A stretch of 64,000 nucleotides of DNA from Octopus bimaculoides (taxonomy: Eukaryota), in contig NC_068984.1 of assembly GCF_001194135.2 (NCBI RefSeq), forward strand, positions 116,553,867-116,617,866, in the 5' to 3' direction. Shown here piece after piece: positions 1 to 12,194 of this stretch. Each line of letters begins with the position of its first letter. The stretch's first letter is position 1. A program made the translations under genes and the position numbers. Under the pieces are notes generated by a model. That model did no database searches and was not told where the DNA came from. It was given only the letters and a program-made list of their open reading frames with translations.

Positions 1-4
1 TATA

Positions 5-790
5 CAGGGTGCAGTGAATGAATTGTCGTCAAAATTACTCGAAAATGAAAATAAAACTATCTCATTTTACCAAAATTACATAAAAGTATCTTGAAATACT
101 AAAGAGTAAAATTATTCAATAAAATCACCATTGGCTTCAACCACAGCCTCCAGACGACTTCAGAATCTCCTGCAACTCTTCTGGGCGGTTTCCTTGTTTA
201 AGTTGGTGAATGCTGCCATAATACTTGCCTTCAGTTCGGCTTTGGTATTACAAATAATTTTGTTGGTCTCTCTCTCAAATGTTCCCCACACATAATAATC
301 AAGGGGTTGCAATCTGGGGAGATAGGTGGTCAGATGTTAGGGACGATGTGGTCGCAGAAATTATCTGACAGCCATGACTGGATTCTCTTGCTTGTGAGGC
401 ATGGTGTAGAGTCCTGTTGCCGGACATAGAGTCTTCCAGCAGTCACCCTCTTGACCCAGGACAGCACTACCTCCTCCAGACACTTGATATTTGGCTGCGT
501 GTTGCGTGTGAGGCCGTGTGGGAAGATGAATGGAGGCATCACTCTCAGTACATCTTTTGGGTACGCAAATTGACACCCAACATTCTGAAATGTTCGTATT
601 GGAGCTTCCGATGTGAATGTCAAGCAGTACAGCATGTCATTTCCAAATTACTGGCAGAGTGAATTGCGTCATGGTGTTGTTTTTCTCACAAACAGTGCCC
701 AACTGACCCTACTATACTGTGTAGTCGACAAAATCAAAAAACAAACAATGCCTATGCACGAAATGAAAAATATAAAATGGCGACAAACAT
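5..790 (-). mobile_element. Non-autonomous maT-like (D37D) transposon remnant
   Basis: TA|CAGGGTG terminus at 3-11. Frame VMPPFIFPHG...NIKCLEEVVLSWVKR...QQDSTPC. Same family as 37728 and 58376. Confidence 0.85.
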
Positions 791-1439
791 CAAAAATAAA
801 AACACATCGCAGATAAACGAAATGAGAAAAAAGCCCCTCAGTAGCTTTCCTTCAAGGTAATCCTCATGGTTTCGACGCCTGATGATAGAACGTTAATTTC
901 CTGATAATTTCAGGATACGGTGTATAGAGGTGATACTGTGAAGAGTTAATTTTAACGACAGGAACAGAACCAGGCACTGAAGTCCTGACACAAAGCGTAT
1001 GAAAATATATCAATAAGTTTTAGTGATGCCAACCAAAACAACACAAAGGCCACACGAAAAAATATATAGGTAAACTTACCGACTAAGAGAGAACAAAGGA
1101 CAGAAAGAGGACACAAAAATTTGCCTTTTTTAAACCAAAAGAAGACACTTGTACAGAGCGCTGATGCTGAAAGAAAGATTTTTTAACAGAGAATATTACA
1201 TTTGCGCAACATTGCGACGAAGTGAGAAAAGGATGTACTCTCTAGACAAGCTAAAATGATTAATACAAATGTGTGCGTGCTCATATGAGGTGGAAGTGTG
1301 TTTAGTACATATATAAATACACAATTGTAATTTATAAATACATATACATACATATATATATATATATGTACACGTACATATGCGTACACACATGTACAGT
1401 CATATATATACATGTGTATGTATGTATGTATGTATGTAT

Positions 1440-1485
1440 ATAGATAGGCAGGCAGATAGATTGACACATAGACAGACAGACAGAG

Positions 1486-1518
<33 letters not shown>

Positions 1519-1549
1519 CATAGATAGATAGATAGAGAGATAGATAGAG

Positions 1550-1629
<80 letters not shown>

Positions 1630-1630
1630 G
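1440..1630. repeat. (GATA)n microsatellite
   Basis: Long GATA run that gives rise to the YLSI-type ORFs. Confidence 0.95.
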
Positions 1631-1872
1631 CCTGAATAGATAAACAGAAAAGCAAATAGATAAATACCAGATCGATAGACGTATAGAGAGTAGATGGTTA
1701 TACAAGTAGAAAGCTACATTGACAGATGGAGAGATAGAAAGATAGAAGAAAGGTAAATGGATAAACAAAGACAGCTAATTTGATAAAAAGATAGACTGAC
1801 ATAATTCTAGATAGATAACTGAAAGTTCTTCAACAGAGTGAAAGTTCTTCAACAATCAACGTTTCTGAATGT

Positions 1873-1907
<35 letters not shown>

Positions 1908-2399
1908 TTCATTTATTTATTAAGTTATTTGTTTGTTACTTATTTTAGCTGCGAGCATGTCTTGAATAAAATATCTTTAAAACGTATAACGAAATGCATT
2001 CAAGATGATAAACGAAATACAAATGAACAATACAAAACCTAGCTCTTTCAGTGTCAACAAAATTTCGACATATAAATATATTCATAAATAGATATTAATG
2101 TGCTTTGTCTGTGTAAAACTATATATATGTGTGTGGGCATGCGCGTGTTTGCATGTGTGTGTGCCTCTGTGTGTGTTTGTGTGCGTACGCATGCGCACGT
2201 ATGTGTGGCGGAGACATTGGTCATGAATATGTATGTATTTCTTACTTTCCTTTTCGTTTCCTTATTGTTATATACACATAAATGCACGACTGTATTCGTA
2301 CCTAAATGTGAGTGTATATACAGTACTGGAAACATTATTATGGATTTTTGAAATTTTTGCTATTTCTATATAAAGAGGTAAAACAAACAAAATTTATGT

Positions 2400-4030
2400 A
2401 TTGGCAGATGATTTATTTCCTATTATTTACACAGAACTGGTATTTCAGTAATTAATTTGTCCTTCTTTAGCAGAATTAAGGGCTTGTGTACTTCGAGGCA
2501 TTCCACAAACTTGTATTCTACACAAATCCTTGATTCTGACCGAATGGAACGAAACTTGTATGAAATGCTCAATAAGGAGGCATTTGGTTGTAATAGGGGA
2601 TTGTTATATGTCATCTTTCGACAGACACTTTAGGCTCTCAATTGGATTCATGTCAGGTGAATTTCCTGGCCATAGAAGTACATTAACAGCATTTTCGGCG
2701 AACCACATCTTTACCGATTTTGCTGTATGACATGGTGCTGAGTCCTGTTGGAATATGCAAAACCTGTCTCCATAACATTCTAAGTACCTCTATGTAGTTC
2801 TCTTGGTTCATAGAACCTTCAATTATTTTCAGGAGACTAGTTCCATGGGCAGAAATTGTCTCCCAAATCATAATCTTCTGTGGAAATTTTAGTGTTTTTC
2901 GAAGACAACCCGGACGAAATTCCTCACCAAGCCTCATTCTCACACTTTGTACCCGATCGTCGAGGACTGCTACGGTGGATTCATTCGAAAACACCACCAG
3001 CAACACTTGAAAACCATATTTGATTAATAGGACATCCAGAATAAGTTATTCTTTCAGTCTATGAAAATCAGAAATTAATAGCTATTTTTTAAATAATCCT
3101 TTATAAAGCTGGTTTGATGACTGAAATCAATGGTAACATCTTATTTCATCGATAATATCATTTTCTATCATGGATACATAACATAAAGACTCTAATCCAC
3201 TATTTTAGATACTCTTACCTGCTCCCATTGCTCAGAAGTCCTTGTAATAATGATTTTTAGCCCATGCATGATTTTTTCCTTGGACGATATGCGTGTAATC
3301 CACCTTCCAAAAGTCTGTTGTTAATTGTTCTTCGATGCACAGTGATATTCTCTTCCATTAGTTCACGGGAAATCTTACTTCAAGATGCTCTATTGACAGA
3401 AATTCTTTCAATTTTTCTATCAATTCTAGGGGTTGTTACTCGTTTCCTACCACAGTTACCAACCCTTTTGCCATCAAATCCTCATTCTTTCCCATTTTTT
3501 TCTTAACTGCACTGAGTTGAAACATTTAATTTCTTTGCAAATTTCTCTCTGTTTAACTGCGATAGTGGAGGCGCAATGGCCCAGTGGTTAGGGCAGCGGA
3601 CTCGCGGTCATAAGATCGTGGTTTCGATTCCCAGACCGGGCGTTGTGAGTGTTTATTGAGGGAAAATACCTAAAGCTCCACGAGGCTCCGGCAGGGGATG
3701 GTGGCGAACCCTGCTGTACTCTTTCACAACAACTTTCGCTCACTCTTACTTCCTGTTTCTGTTGTGCCTGTAATTCAAAGGGTCAGCCTTGTCACACTGT
3801 GTCACGCTGAATATCCCCGAAAACTACGTTAAGGGTAAACGTGTCTGTGGAGTGCTCAGCCACTTGCACATTCATTTCACGAGCAGGCTGTTCCGTTGAT
3901 CGGATCAACTGGAACCCGCGACGTCGTAAGCGACGGAGTGCCAACAACAAACTGAGATAGTCTTCAAATGCACTTCTGTTTGTCCGGTTTTATGGGGATT
4001 AAGATCTCTTTGTTTACCCACCTCGGCCTG
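2400..4030 (-). mobile_element. Degenerate Tc1-like transposase (D34E), interrupted by a SINE
   Basis: FQQDSAPCHTAKSVKMWFAENAVNVLLWPGNSPDMNPIE has 34 residues between D and E. Also VFSNES...KFPQKIMIW and an N-terminal KQREIAKKLNVS HTH. Frameshifts and stops present. Confidence 0.88.
3567..3949 (+). mobile_element. tRNA-derived SINE, family O (full length)
   Basis: Head ggaggcgcaatggcccagtggttagg...ggtttcgattccc with A and B boxes, (CAA)n tail. 12-bp TSD aactgcgatagt / aactgagatagt. Confidence 0.9.
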
Positions 4031-4129
4031 GAATTGAAATAACCCGTTTTATATACACTTTTAATGCAACTTACTACATGAATTTGTAACTTATACAACA
4101 CAGAGTAACTAAAATGTCATTAGAACACA

Positions 4130-4510
4130 AACACGCACTCTACACTGACCACTACTCGACTAAAACTGAATGGGCTGCAGCAGTTCATTATTCAGATGAC
4201 ACTAGAGTTTCCATTGGTGCAATGACAACTGAGTGCATACATTGTGAAGCAAGAAAGTGGCCTAGAGAGACATCTGCACTGTGCTGCAGTGGTGGAAAGG
4301 TTAAACTCCATGCAATCCCCCAACCTCCAGAGCCATTGAAGAAATTATCATCAAGTGATCAAGATTCCAAGCACTTCCAAAACAAAACTAGACAATACAA
4401 CGCTGCACAACAGATGACATCATTTGGAGTCACAAGTGATTTAACTGAGCAAGGATTCATGCAAACTTTTCAAGATCCAAGTTAGATTTATCATCGGATT
4501 GGCTCTGTGT
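4130..4510 (+). mobile_element. Helitron Rep N-terminal fragment
   Basis: IGAMTTECIHCEARKWPRETSALCCSGGKVKL...PPEPLKKL...HFQNKTRQYNAAQQMTSFG matches the Helitron C-x2-C...CC-x-GGKV-L...RQYN-x-FQMTSFG pattern. Confidence 0.85.
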
Positions 4511-4947
4511 CAAATGAATCGTCCTTTCATTGTACCTGTTTTGGGGTTACGAAATAGGCTACACAAAACGTGTTTTTGAATTACATGTGTTTACTTTATA
4601 TACATATATGAGTTGAACACTTTCTTTTAACATTTCACTTAACGTCTATGTTCTATGCTGGCACAGAGCATTGTTATTAATGTAAAAAAAATTGGTATTT
4701 CCTCTACTAGCAGTTGAGACTTGCGTAATCTAGACAGCGTTTTTAAATTTCATTATTCTCATGTTGCCAGATATATCTGCTTGTATGCATGTATGCATAT
4801 ATGCATACATACATGCATACATACATACATACATATATATATATATATTTATATAAATAAGGATAAGATCGGTATTTAAAATATTGATCTTATCAAGTGG
4901 TCAGCATGGGAATAAAAACCATCAAAGGTAATAATTATTAAAAATTA

Positions 4948-5136
4948 TAATACAGGGTATCAAGAGATACCACCACGCTGAAAAAATAGCAGTCAAATCC
5001 TGACTCCAAAACCACAATAAATGTCCGTAAGGCACGTCTTCGCTAATCGTGCCTTACGGACATTTATTGTGGTTTTGGAGTCAGGATTTGACTGCTATTT
5101 TTTCAGCGTGGTGGTATCTCTTGATACCTTGTATTA
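4948..5136. repeat. Near-perfect hairpin (89-bp arms, 11-nt loop)
   Basis: 4948-5036 is the reverse complement of 5048-5136 with one mismatch. Abuts an N-gap. Confidence 0.9.
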
Positions 5137-6105
5137 NNNNNNNNNNNNNNNNNNNNNNNNNNNNNNNNNNNNNNNNNNNNNNNNNNNNNNNNNNNNNNNN
5201 NNNNNNNNNNNNNNNNNNNNNNNNNNNNNNNNNNNNNNNNNNNNNNNNNNNNNNNNNNNNNNNNNNNNNNNNNNNNNNNNNNNNNNNNNNNNNNNNNNNN
5301 NNNNNNNNNNNNNNNNNNNNNNNNNNNNNNNNNNNNNNNNNNNNNNNNNNNNNNNNNNNNNNNNNNNNNNNNNNNNNNNNNNNNNNNNNNNNNNNNNNNN
5401 NNNNNNNNNNNNNNNNNNNNNNNNNNNNNNNNNNNNNNNNNNNNNNNNNNNNNNNNNNNNNNNNNNNNNNNNNNNNNNNNNNNNNNNNNNNNNNNNNNNN
5501 NNNNNNNNNNNNNNNNNNNNNNNNNNNNNNNNNNNNNNNNNNNNNNNNNNNNNNNNNNNNNNNNNNNNNNNNNNNNNNNNNNNNNNNNNNNNNNNNNNNN
5601 NNNNNNNNNNNNNNNNNNNNNNNNNNNNNNNNNNNNNNNNNNNNNNNNNNNNNNNNNNNNNNNNNNNNNNNNNNNNNNNNNNNNNNNNNNNNNNNNNNNN
5701 NNNNNNNNNNNNNNNNNNNNNNNNNNNNNNNNNNNNNNNNNNNNNNNNNNNNNNNNNNNNNNNNNNNNNNNNNNNNNNNNNNNNNNNNNNNNNNNNNNNN
5801 NNNNNNNNNNNNNNNNNNNNNNNNNNNNNNNNNNNNNNNNNNNNNNNNNNNNNNNNNNNNNNNNNNNNNNNNNNNNNNNNNNNNNNNNNNNNNNNNNNNN
5901 NNNNNNNNNNNNNNNNNNNNNNNNNNNNNNNNNNNNNNNNNNNNNNNNNNNNNNNNNNNNNNNNNNNNNNNNNNNNNNNNNNNNNNNNNNNNNNNNNNNN
6001 NNNNNNNNNNNNNNNNNNNNNNNNNNNNNNNNNNNNNNNNNNNNNNNNNNNNNNNNNNNNNNNNNNNNNNNNNNNNNNNNNNNNNNNNNNNNNNNNNNNN
6101 NNNNN

Positions 6106-6141
<36 letters not shown>

Positions 6142-6779
6142 ATTTACGAAAAACAAACAGGCGAAGACAGGTGGTGTAAACAAATGGATGTATTAGTATA
6201 ACGCTCGGGAATAGAGAAAGTCTTTAACGTTTCGAGCCTACGCTCTTCAATTGAAAGGAACACAGAAAGAAACAAGGAGAGAAAAAAATATAAATGTAGT
6301 GGTCAGCGATCTATCATGGCGAATATATATACACTGTGGATTAAATAAGAATGTATACAAACTCTTTCTATGCTATATTGGTTGGAAATAAAGTGAGAGG
6401 AAGTATCATGGTGGACTGTTTCACAGTTTGCTGACCACTCTTCTGAGAAAACTTACCCAGTTTCTATCTCAAAATGGTAGGGTAGGTCAGCTAATTATAA
6501 TGCAGTCATGAATTAGACTAGTACTTTGCTGAATAACCTAATTCACATATTTATGGTTTTGACAGTATCTTATTAATTAAACAGTTTTATGTTGAACGCT
6601 CACATATTGATCCAAGCAGACCAGCAGCGGTCCCCAGAAAAACAGTTGCCTACTCTAGAGCTCTTACTGAACAAAATGAATTTCTGTTAGGATTGCTTTT
6701 GTTTTATGCGATATATATCAGTTTAGAATTGTGTGTGTATCTATCTATCTATCTATCCATCTATCTATCTATCTATTTA

Positions 6780-6820
<41 letters not shown>

Positions 6821-7559
6821 NNNNNNNNNNNNNNNNNNNNNNNNNNNNNNNNNNNNNNNNNNNNNNNNNNNNNNNNNNNNNNNNNNNNNNNNNNNNNNNN
6901 NNNNNNNNNNNNNNNNNNNNNNNNNNNNNNNNNNNNNNNNNNNNNNNNNNNNNNNNNNNNNNNNNNNNNNNNNNNNNNNNNNNNNNNNNNNNNNNNNNNN
7001 NNNNNNNNNNNNNNNNNNNNNNNNNNNNNNNNNNNNNNNNNNNNNNNNNNNNNNNNNNNNNNNNNNNNNNNNNNNNNNNNNNNNNNNNNNNNNNNNNNNN
7101 NNNNNNNNNNNNNNNNNNNNNNNNNNNNNNNNNNNNNNNNNNNNNNNNNNNNNNNNNNNNNNNNNNNNNNNNNNNNNNNNNNNNNNNNNNNNNNNNNNNN
7201 NNNNNNNNNNNNNNNNNNNNNNNNNNNNNNNNNNNNNNNNNNNNNNNNNNNNNNNNNNNNNNNNNNNNNNNNNNNNNNNNNNNNNNNNNNNNNNNNNNNN
7301 NNNNNNNNNNNNNNNNNNNNNNNNNNNNNNNNNNNNNNNNNNNNNNNNNNNNNNNNNNNNNNNNNNNNNNNNNNNNNNNNNNNNNNNNNNNNNNNNNNNN
7401 NNNNNNNNNNNNNNNNNNNNNNNNNNNNNNNNNNNNNNNNNNNNNNNNNNNNCGTACGTACACACTCACACACACACATGGTGTCCCCAGAAATGTATGC
7501 ACACTTTAACAGCTGAATAATTCGCTTAATTTTTTTATTTCTTTTTAAATTTAAACCAT

Positions 7560-8040
7560 TAGAAATAACGAAGGGAGTTAGTGTAAATGTTGAACAAAAG
7601 AAATTCATTCTCAAATGTTACTGAACGTTTGAAAACGTAGTCAGAGAGCAAATACAACTTGGGAGGGAGTTTCAAACAGATCTACATATGCTTATCACTG
7701 AGATGAGAGATAAGCTTGATGCAGACGGAGCTGTTCAGAATGTCTATAAGAAACGTCCTGGAAAATCGCGGTCATCGATTAACCCCACAAAGCAAGAAAG
7801 AGCATTAGAAAAATATCGCAAATATTCGAGAAAATTTATGCGGCAAGTGAATCGTAAGAATGAAATTTCGCAATGAATCGCCCATCGCATTTTGAAACAA
7901 TAATAGTACACACTCTCAATGAAGATGGTCCGGACAGAAGAATGAAATTTTGTGAATGGTTCTTAGAAAGATGTACACTCACCAATAAAGATTATTTAGG
8001 GTGATGAGGTTGCATTCTGTCAATCCGGAGTCCTGTTCTT
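7560..8040 (+). mobile_element. Degenerate Tc1/mariner-superfamily transposase N-terminus
   Basis: ITEMRDKLDADGAVQNVYKKRPGKSRSS and [17 protein letters not shown]...II*GDEVAF resemble the HTH-linker-first-D region of ITm transposases. Confidence 0.65.
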
Positions 8041-8077
8041 CACTAACAATAATAATTTCTCACAGTAATAAATAAAT

Positions 8078-8775
8078 TGCTTTCAAGTTTGATCACAAGG
8101 CTAGCGATTTCGGGGGGACGGATAGATCGAGTAGATCAACCCCAGTATTCAACTGGTACTTATTTTAATGACCTGAAAGGATGAAAGGTAAGGTCGAGCT
8201 CGACGGAATTTGAACCCAAAACGTAAAGATGGGCGAAATGCCAAAAAACAATTTTGTCCGGCCTGCTAACGATTCGACCAACTCACCATCTTAATTACAA
8301 CTGTAATAACGGTTTCAAATGTTGGTACAAGGCCAGCAATTTCGTCGCCGTCAGTAAGTCGATTACATCCACCCACCCAAGGCTAAACTGGCACTTATTT
8401 TATCGATCACGACAAGATGAAAGGCAAAGTCGACCGCAGCGGAATTTGAACTTAGAATAAAAACACGGTTGAAATGTCGCTATGCATTTTCTCCGGCGCG
8501 TTAACGATTCTGCTAGCTCGCCACCTTTATAGCTGTAATAATAATCCTTTCTATTAGAGGCACAAGGCCTGAATTTTTTGGTGAGGCAGATAGTCGATCA
8601 CATCAACAACAGTACTCAACTGGTATTAAGTTTATCGACCCCGAAAGGATAAAAGGTAAAGTCGACCTCGGCGGAATTTGAACTCAGAACGTAAAAGACT
8701 GACGAAATGCTCCGAAGCATTTTTCCCCGGCGTGCTCACGATTCTGCCATCTCGCCACCTTTATAGATGTAATAA
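8078..8775 (-). mobile_element. Three head-to-tail copies of tRNA-headed SINE family B
   Basis: Three units of about 235 bp, each with aaaggatgaaagg...gtcgac...ggaatttgaac...acgattc...ctcgccacc. Confidence 0.9.
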
Positions 8776-8967
8776 TAATGCCTACATGTTCGATAAACAT
8801 TCTATATAGATTTTCTTCCAGGTAAATAGAACATACGAATATTTTATGCAAATATTTACTTTAGGTATTTTCTTTTCTTGTTTCAATGTTAGGTGATTTA
8901 TTATGTTAGCAACACAAATATTTTATTTATCGAAACAGATTACATTTCCTAAGTTTTATTATTAGCA

Positions 8968-9038
<71 letters not shown>

Positions 9039-9779
9039 GCTTCCAGCTTTTCCTTTACTTCTATTAAATTGCAATAAGTAAACTGGTTTATCTGAGTCAT
9101 GCGTGTGTGTGTTNNNNNNNNNNNNNNNNNNNNNNNNNNNNNNNNNNNNNNNNNNNNNNNNNNNNNNNNNNNNNNNNNNNNNNNNNNNNNNNNNNNNNNN
9201 NNNNNNNNNNNNNNNNNNNNNNNNNNNNNNNNNNNNNNNNNNNNNNNNNNNNNNNNNNNNNNNNNNNNNNNNNNNNNNNNNNNNNNNNNNNNNNNNNNNN
9301 NNNNNNNNNNNNNNNNNNNNNNNNNNNNNNNNNNNNNNNNNNNNNNNNNNNNNNNNNNNNNNNNNNNNNNNNNNNNNNNNNNNNNNNNNNNNNNNNNNNN
9401 NNNNNNNNNNNNNNNNNNNNNNNNNNNNNNNNNNNNNNNNNNNNNNNNNNNNNNNNNNNNNNNNNNNNNNNNNNNNNNNNNNNNNNNNNNNNNNNNNNNN
9501 NNNNNNNNNNNNNNNNNNNNNNNNNNNNNNNNNNNNNNNNNNNNNNNNNNNNNNNNNNNNNNNNNNNNNNNNNNNNNNNNNNNNNNNNNNNNNNNNNNNN
9601 NNNNNNNNNNNNNNNNNNNNNNNNNNNNNNNNNNNNNNNNNNNNNNNNNNNNNNNNNNNNNNNNNNNNNNNNNNNNNNNGATAGATAGATAGATAGATTC
9701 GTATATATAAACACGTATATATCTATATGCGTGTCAGTGTATTTGTGTGTGTATGTATGTATGTATGTATGTATGTATG

Positions 9780-10165
9780 ATCGAGAAGGTGACTGACAAG
9801 GACCTTCTTGTGTGCACAGTCTGTGACAGACCATGCCTGTCTTTGGCTGGCCTCAAATCTCACCTGCGAACCCATGGAAAACAAACTTCAACCAATTATT
9901 CTGACTATATGTCTGTGCACACGTTTGAACGTGGTGTATGCCAGAAGGCTTGCAAATCCAGTGGGGGTCTTAACAGACATGTTAAGATCCACAACGAGCA
10001 GAACTTACCTGCAGGTATTGGTAGTTCAAATCAGAGATGCAATCTCTGTGGGTGTTTTTTTTTTCAGAACATTGTCTGATTTAAAAAGTCACATCAGATG
10101 CCATGAAAGGGCTAAGGTGGTCAAACTCTGTGTAAGGAGTAGACAGCCACCATGTATGTACGTAT
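9780..10165 (+). mobile_element. Retroelement (RTE-like) 3' end encoding C2H2 zinc fingers, with (ATGT)n tail
   Basis: CTVCDRPCLSLAGLKSHLRTH (C-x2-C-x12-H-x3-H), a second finger xxVCQKACKSSGGLNRHVKIH, and a third frameshifted finger. Followed by cagccaccatgtatgt tail. Confidence 0.65.
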
Positions 10166-10674
10166 GTACCTAAGTAGGTAAGTAGGTAGATAGGTAGACA
10201 GGTTGGTAGGTAGATACGTACGTACGTACTATGTAGGCATGTATGTATTTGTGCATGTATTGTAATTAAGGAGCGACTCCACACACCACACAAACCCAAA
10301 ACATCCATGGGTTAACTAGATTTCTCAGGAGGTCTTAGACGAGGTTCCTGTTGTTTTCAACAAAGCGTGGCGAAGGCAACCTTTCTAGGAAAAAGATACT
10401 CCGACATAAAGCTTGTAGTCAAAATAGTACCAGTCATTGTGCAATGTAACTTACTATGGCTACCGACAAAGTGGCAAGAGCGTTGTCTAAGCTTCTGTCT
10501 TTTCTGTTGTTGTTGTTGTTTGTTTTTTCTCGGAAACATTAGCTTTCACAAATCCCTCATCCCATTAACATTTCGGAACGATCTCAACTTCACCCTCAGA
10601 CTCATTTTTAATAAGCGCGGCGCCTAGTTCGTTACGGTGTCAGGCTCAAGATCACGGCTTTTGTTTTGTTTTTT

Positions 10675-10900
10675 CTTTTATCTTTTACTTGTTTTAATCC
10701 TTGAATTGCGGCCATGCTGGAATACCGACCTCAAATGTTTAGACGAACAAATCGGCCGCCCACCCCACGCCACCGTACATATGTTATAAGTCTGTTATTA
10801 TACTATCGGTACATTTTACCGAACTGCTAAGTTACTGCGACGCAAGTAAACCAACATCAGTTGTCAAGCGGTGAGCGGGAGACAAACACATACAAAAATG

Positions 10901-10969
<69 letters not shown>

Positions 10970-11240
10970 TCGATGGGATTCTAAACAATTTCTGCCTACC
11001 AAATACGCTCACACACATATATATACACGACGGGCTTCTTTCAGTTTCCGTCTACCAAATCCACTCAAGGCTTTGGTCGGTCCGAGGCTATAGTTGATGA
11101 CACTTTCCCAGGGTGCCACGCAGTGGGACTGAACCCAGAACCATGTGGTTGGTAAGCAAGCTATTTACCACACAGCCACTTCTGCGCCTAAGCACACAGC
11201 CACTCCTGCGCCTATCCACACAGCCACTCCTGTGCCTATT
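10675..11240 (-). mobile_element. tRNA-headed SINE family A with triplicated 5' 24-mer
   Basis: Shared body gggcttctttcagtttccgtctaccaaatccact...gggactgaaccc. cacagccactcctgcgccta repeated three times at 11170-11238. Confidence 0.9.
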
Positions 11241-11250
11241 TATATATATT

Positions 11251-12089
11251 TATGTAAATCTTCACCTTAAAAAAAGCAAGAAATCACAAACGTTATAAAA
11301 CCTAAATTAAATACGCAGTCATAACAGTGTGAAATAGTAATTTCTTGACAAAGCTACAACAGTTTACAAACATGGTTCTGCTACAAGCCACTTCGCCGGA
11401 CCACAACGAAATCTTAACTATTTATATATCATAAAAAGGGTCATACTTCATTAAATTAGAACTTAATATAATGAGCTAGCAATTCTGAATCTCTCGGGTG
11501 AATTGCATAGTGGTATTTCGTCTGTCTTTACGTTCAGAGTTCAAATTCTGCTGAGGTCGGCTTTGTTTTTCATCTCTCGGGGTCGAGAGATTAAGTACTA
11601 GTTGCGTACTGGCGTCGATCTAATCGACTGGCCCCCTACCCCAAAATTTCGGGCCTTGTGCCTGGAGTAGGAAAAAATATATGTATACCGTAACAACTTC
11701 TAAAGAATGTCAACTCATTGAATAATTCCAAATCATTACAGAGTTACTTCCCATGAACTTACAAAGCTTATTTAAGAGTTGTTTCCCTTACATTATGTAG
11801 CTAATCATTTCTGAGTTATCGCCTTTGTATACACGACTCAAAATATTTGTGAGAGATTCAGAATTGCTAGCTCATTATATTAAGTTCTAATTTAATGAAG
11901 TATGACCCTTTTTATGATATATAAATAGTTAAGATTTCGTTGTGGTCCGGCGAAGTGGCTTGTAGCAGAACCATGTTTGTAAACTGTTGTAGCTTTGTCA
12001 AGAAATTACTATTTCACACTGTTATGACTGCGTATTTAATTTAGGTTTTATAACGTTTGTGATTTCTTGCTTTTTTTAAGGTGAAGATT

Positions 12090-12095
<6 letters not shown>
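11251..12095. repeat. Perfect 245-bp inverted repeat with 355-bp spacer
   Basis: 11251-11495 is the reverse complement of 11851-12095; no mismatch found by eye. Confidence 0.9.
11496..11680 (+). mobile_element. SINE family B, 5'-truncated, inside the inverted-repeat spacer
   Basis: gagttcaaattctgctgaggtcggctttg...ggtcgagagattaagtac...gggccttgtgcc. Confidence 0.8.
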
Positions 12096-12127
<32 letters not shown>

Positions 12128-12194
12128 AAAATAGAAATAGAAAGACAAACTACTTGGCAAGAATTGACAAGGGCATTTAATTTAGATATATAAT

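Noticed and set aside
865-900. gtttcgacgcctgatgatagaac as a hammerhead
   Set aside because: The CUGAUGA and GAAA boxes are on opposite strands and no stem II can form.
1183-1768. YLSI/IYIY/HTHT/CVCV ORFs here and throughout the window
   Set aside because: Translations of GATA, TA and CA microsatellites.
3567-3640. tRNA-like sequence (also at 25950, 63330-63402 and the heads of families A and B)
   Set aside because: These are SINE heads: followed by SINE body and tail, multi-copy, and with no complete acceptor stem.
5021-9834. Long ORFs made of X (and similar ORFs at other gaps)
   Set aside because: Artefacts of translating N-runs.
11160-11240. Three 24-bp direct repeats resembling a mini-array
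   Set aside because: No spacers; slippage duplication of a SINE 5' end, not CRISPR.
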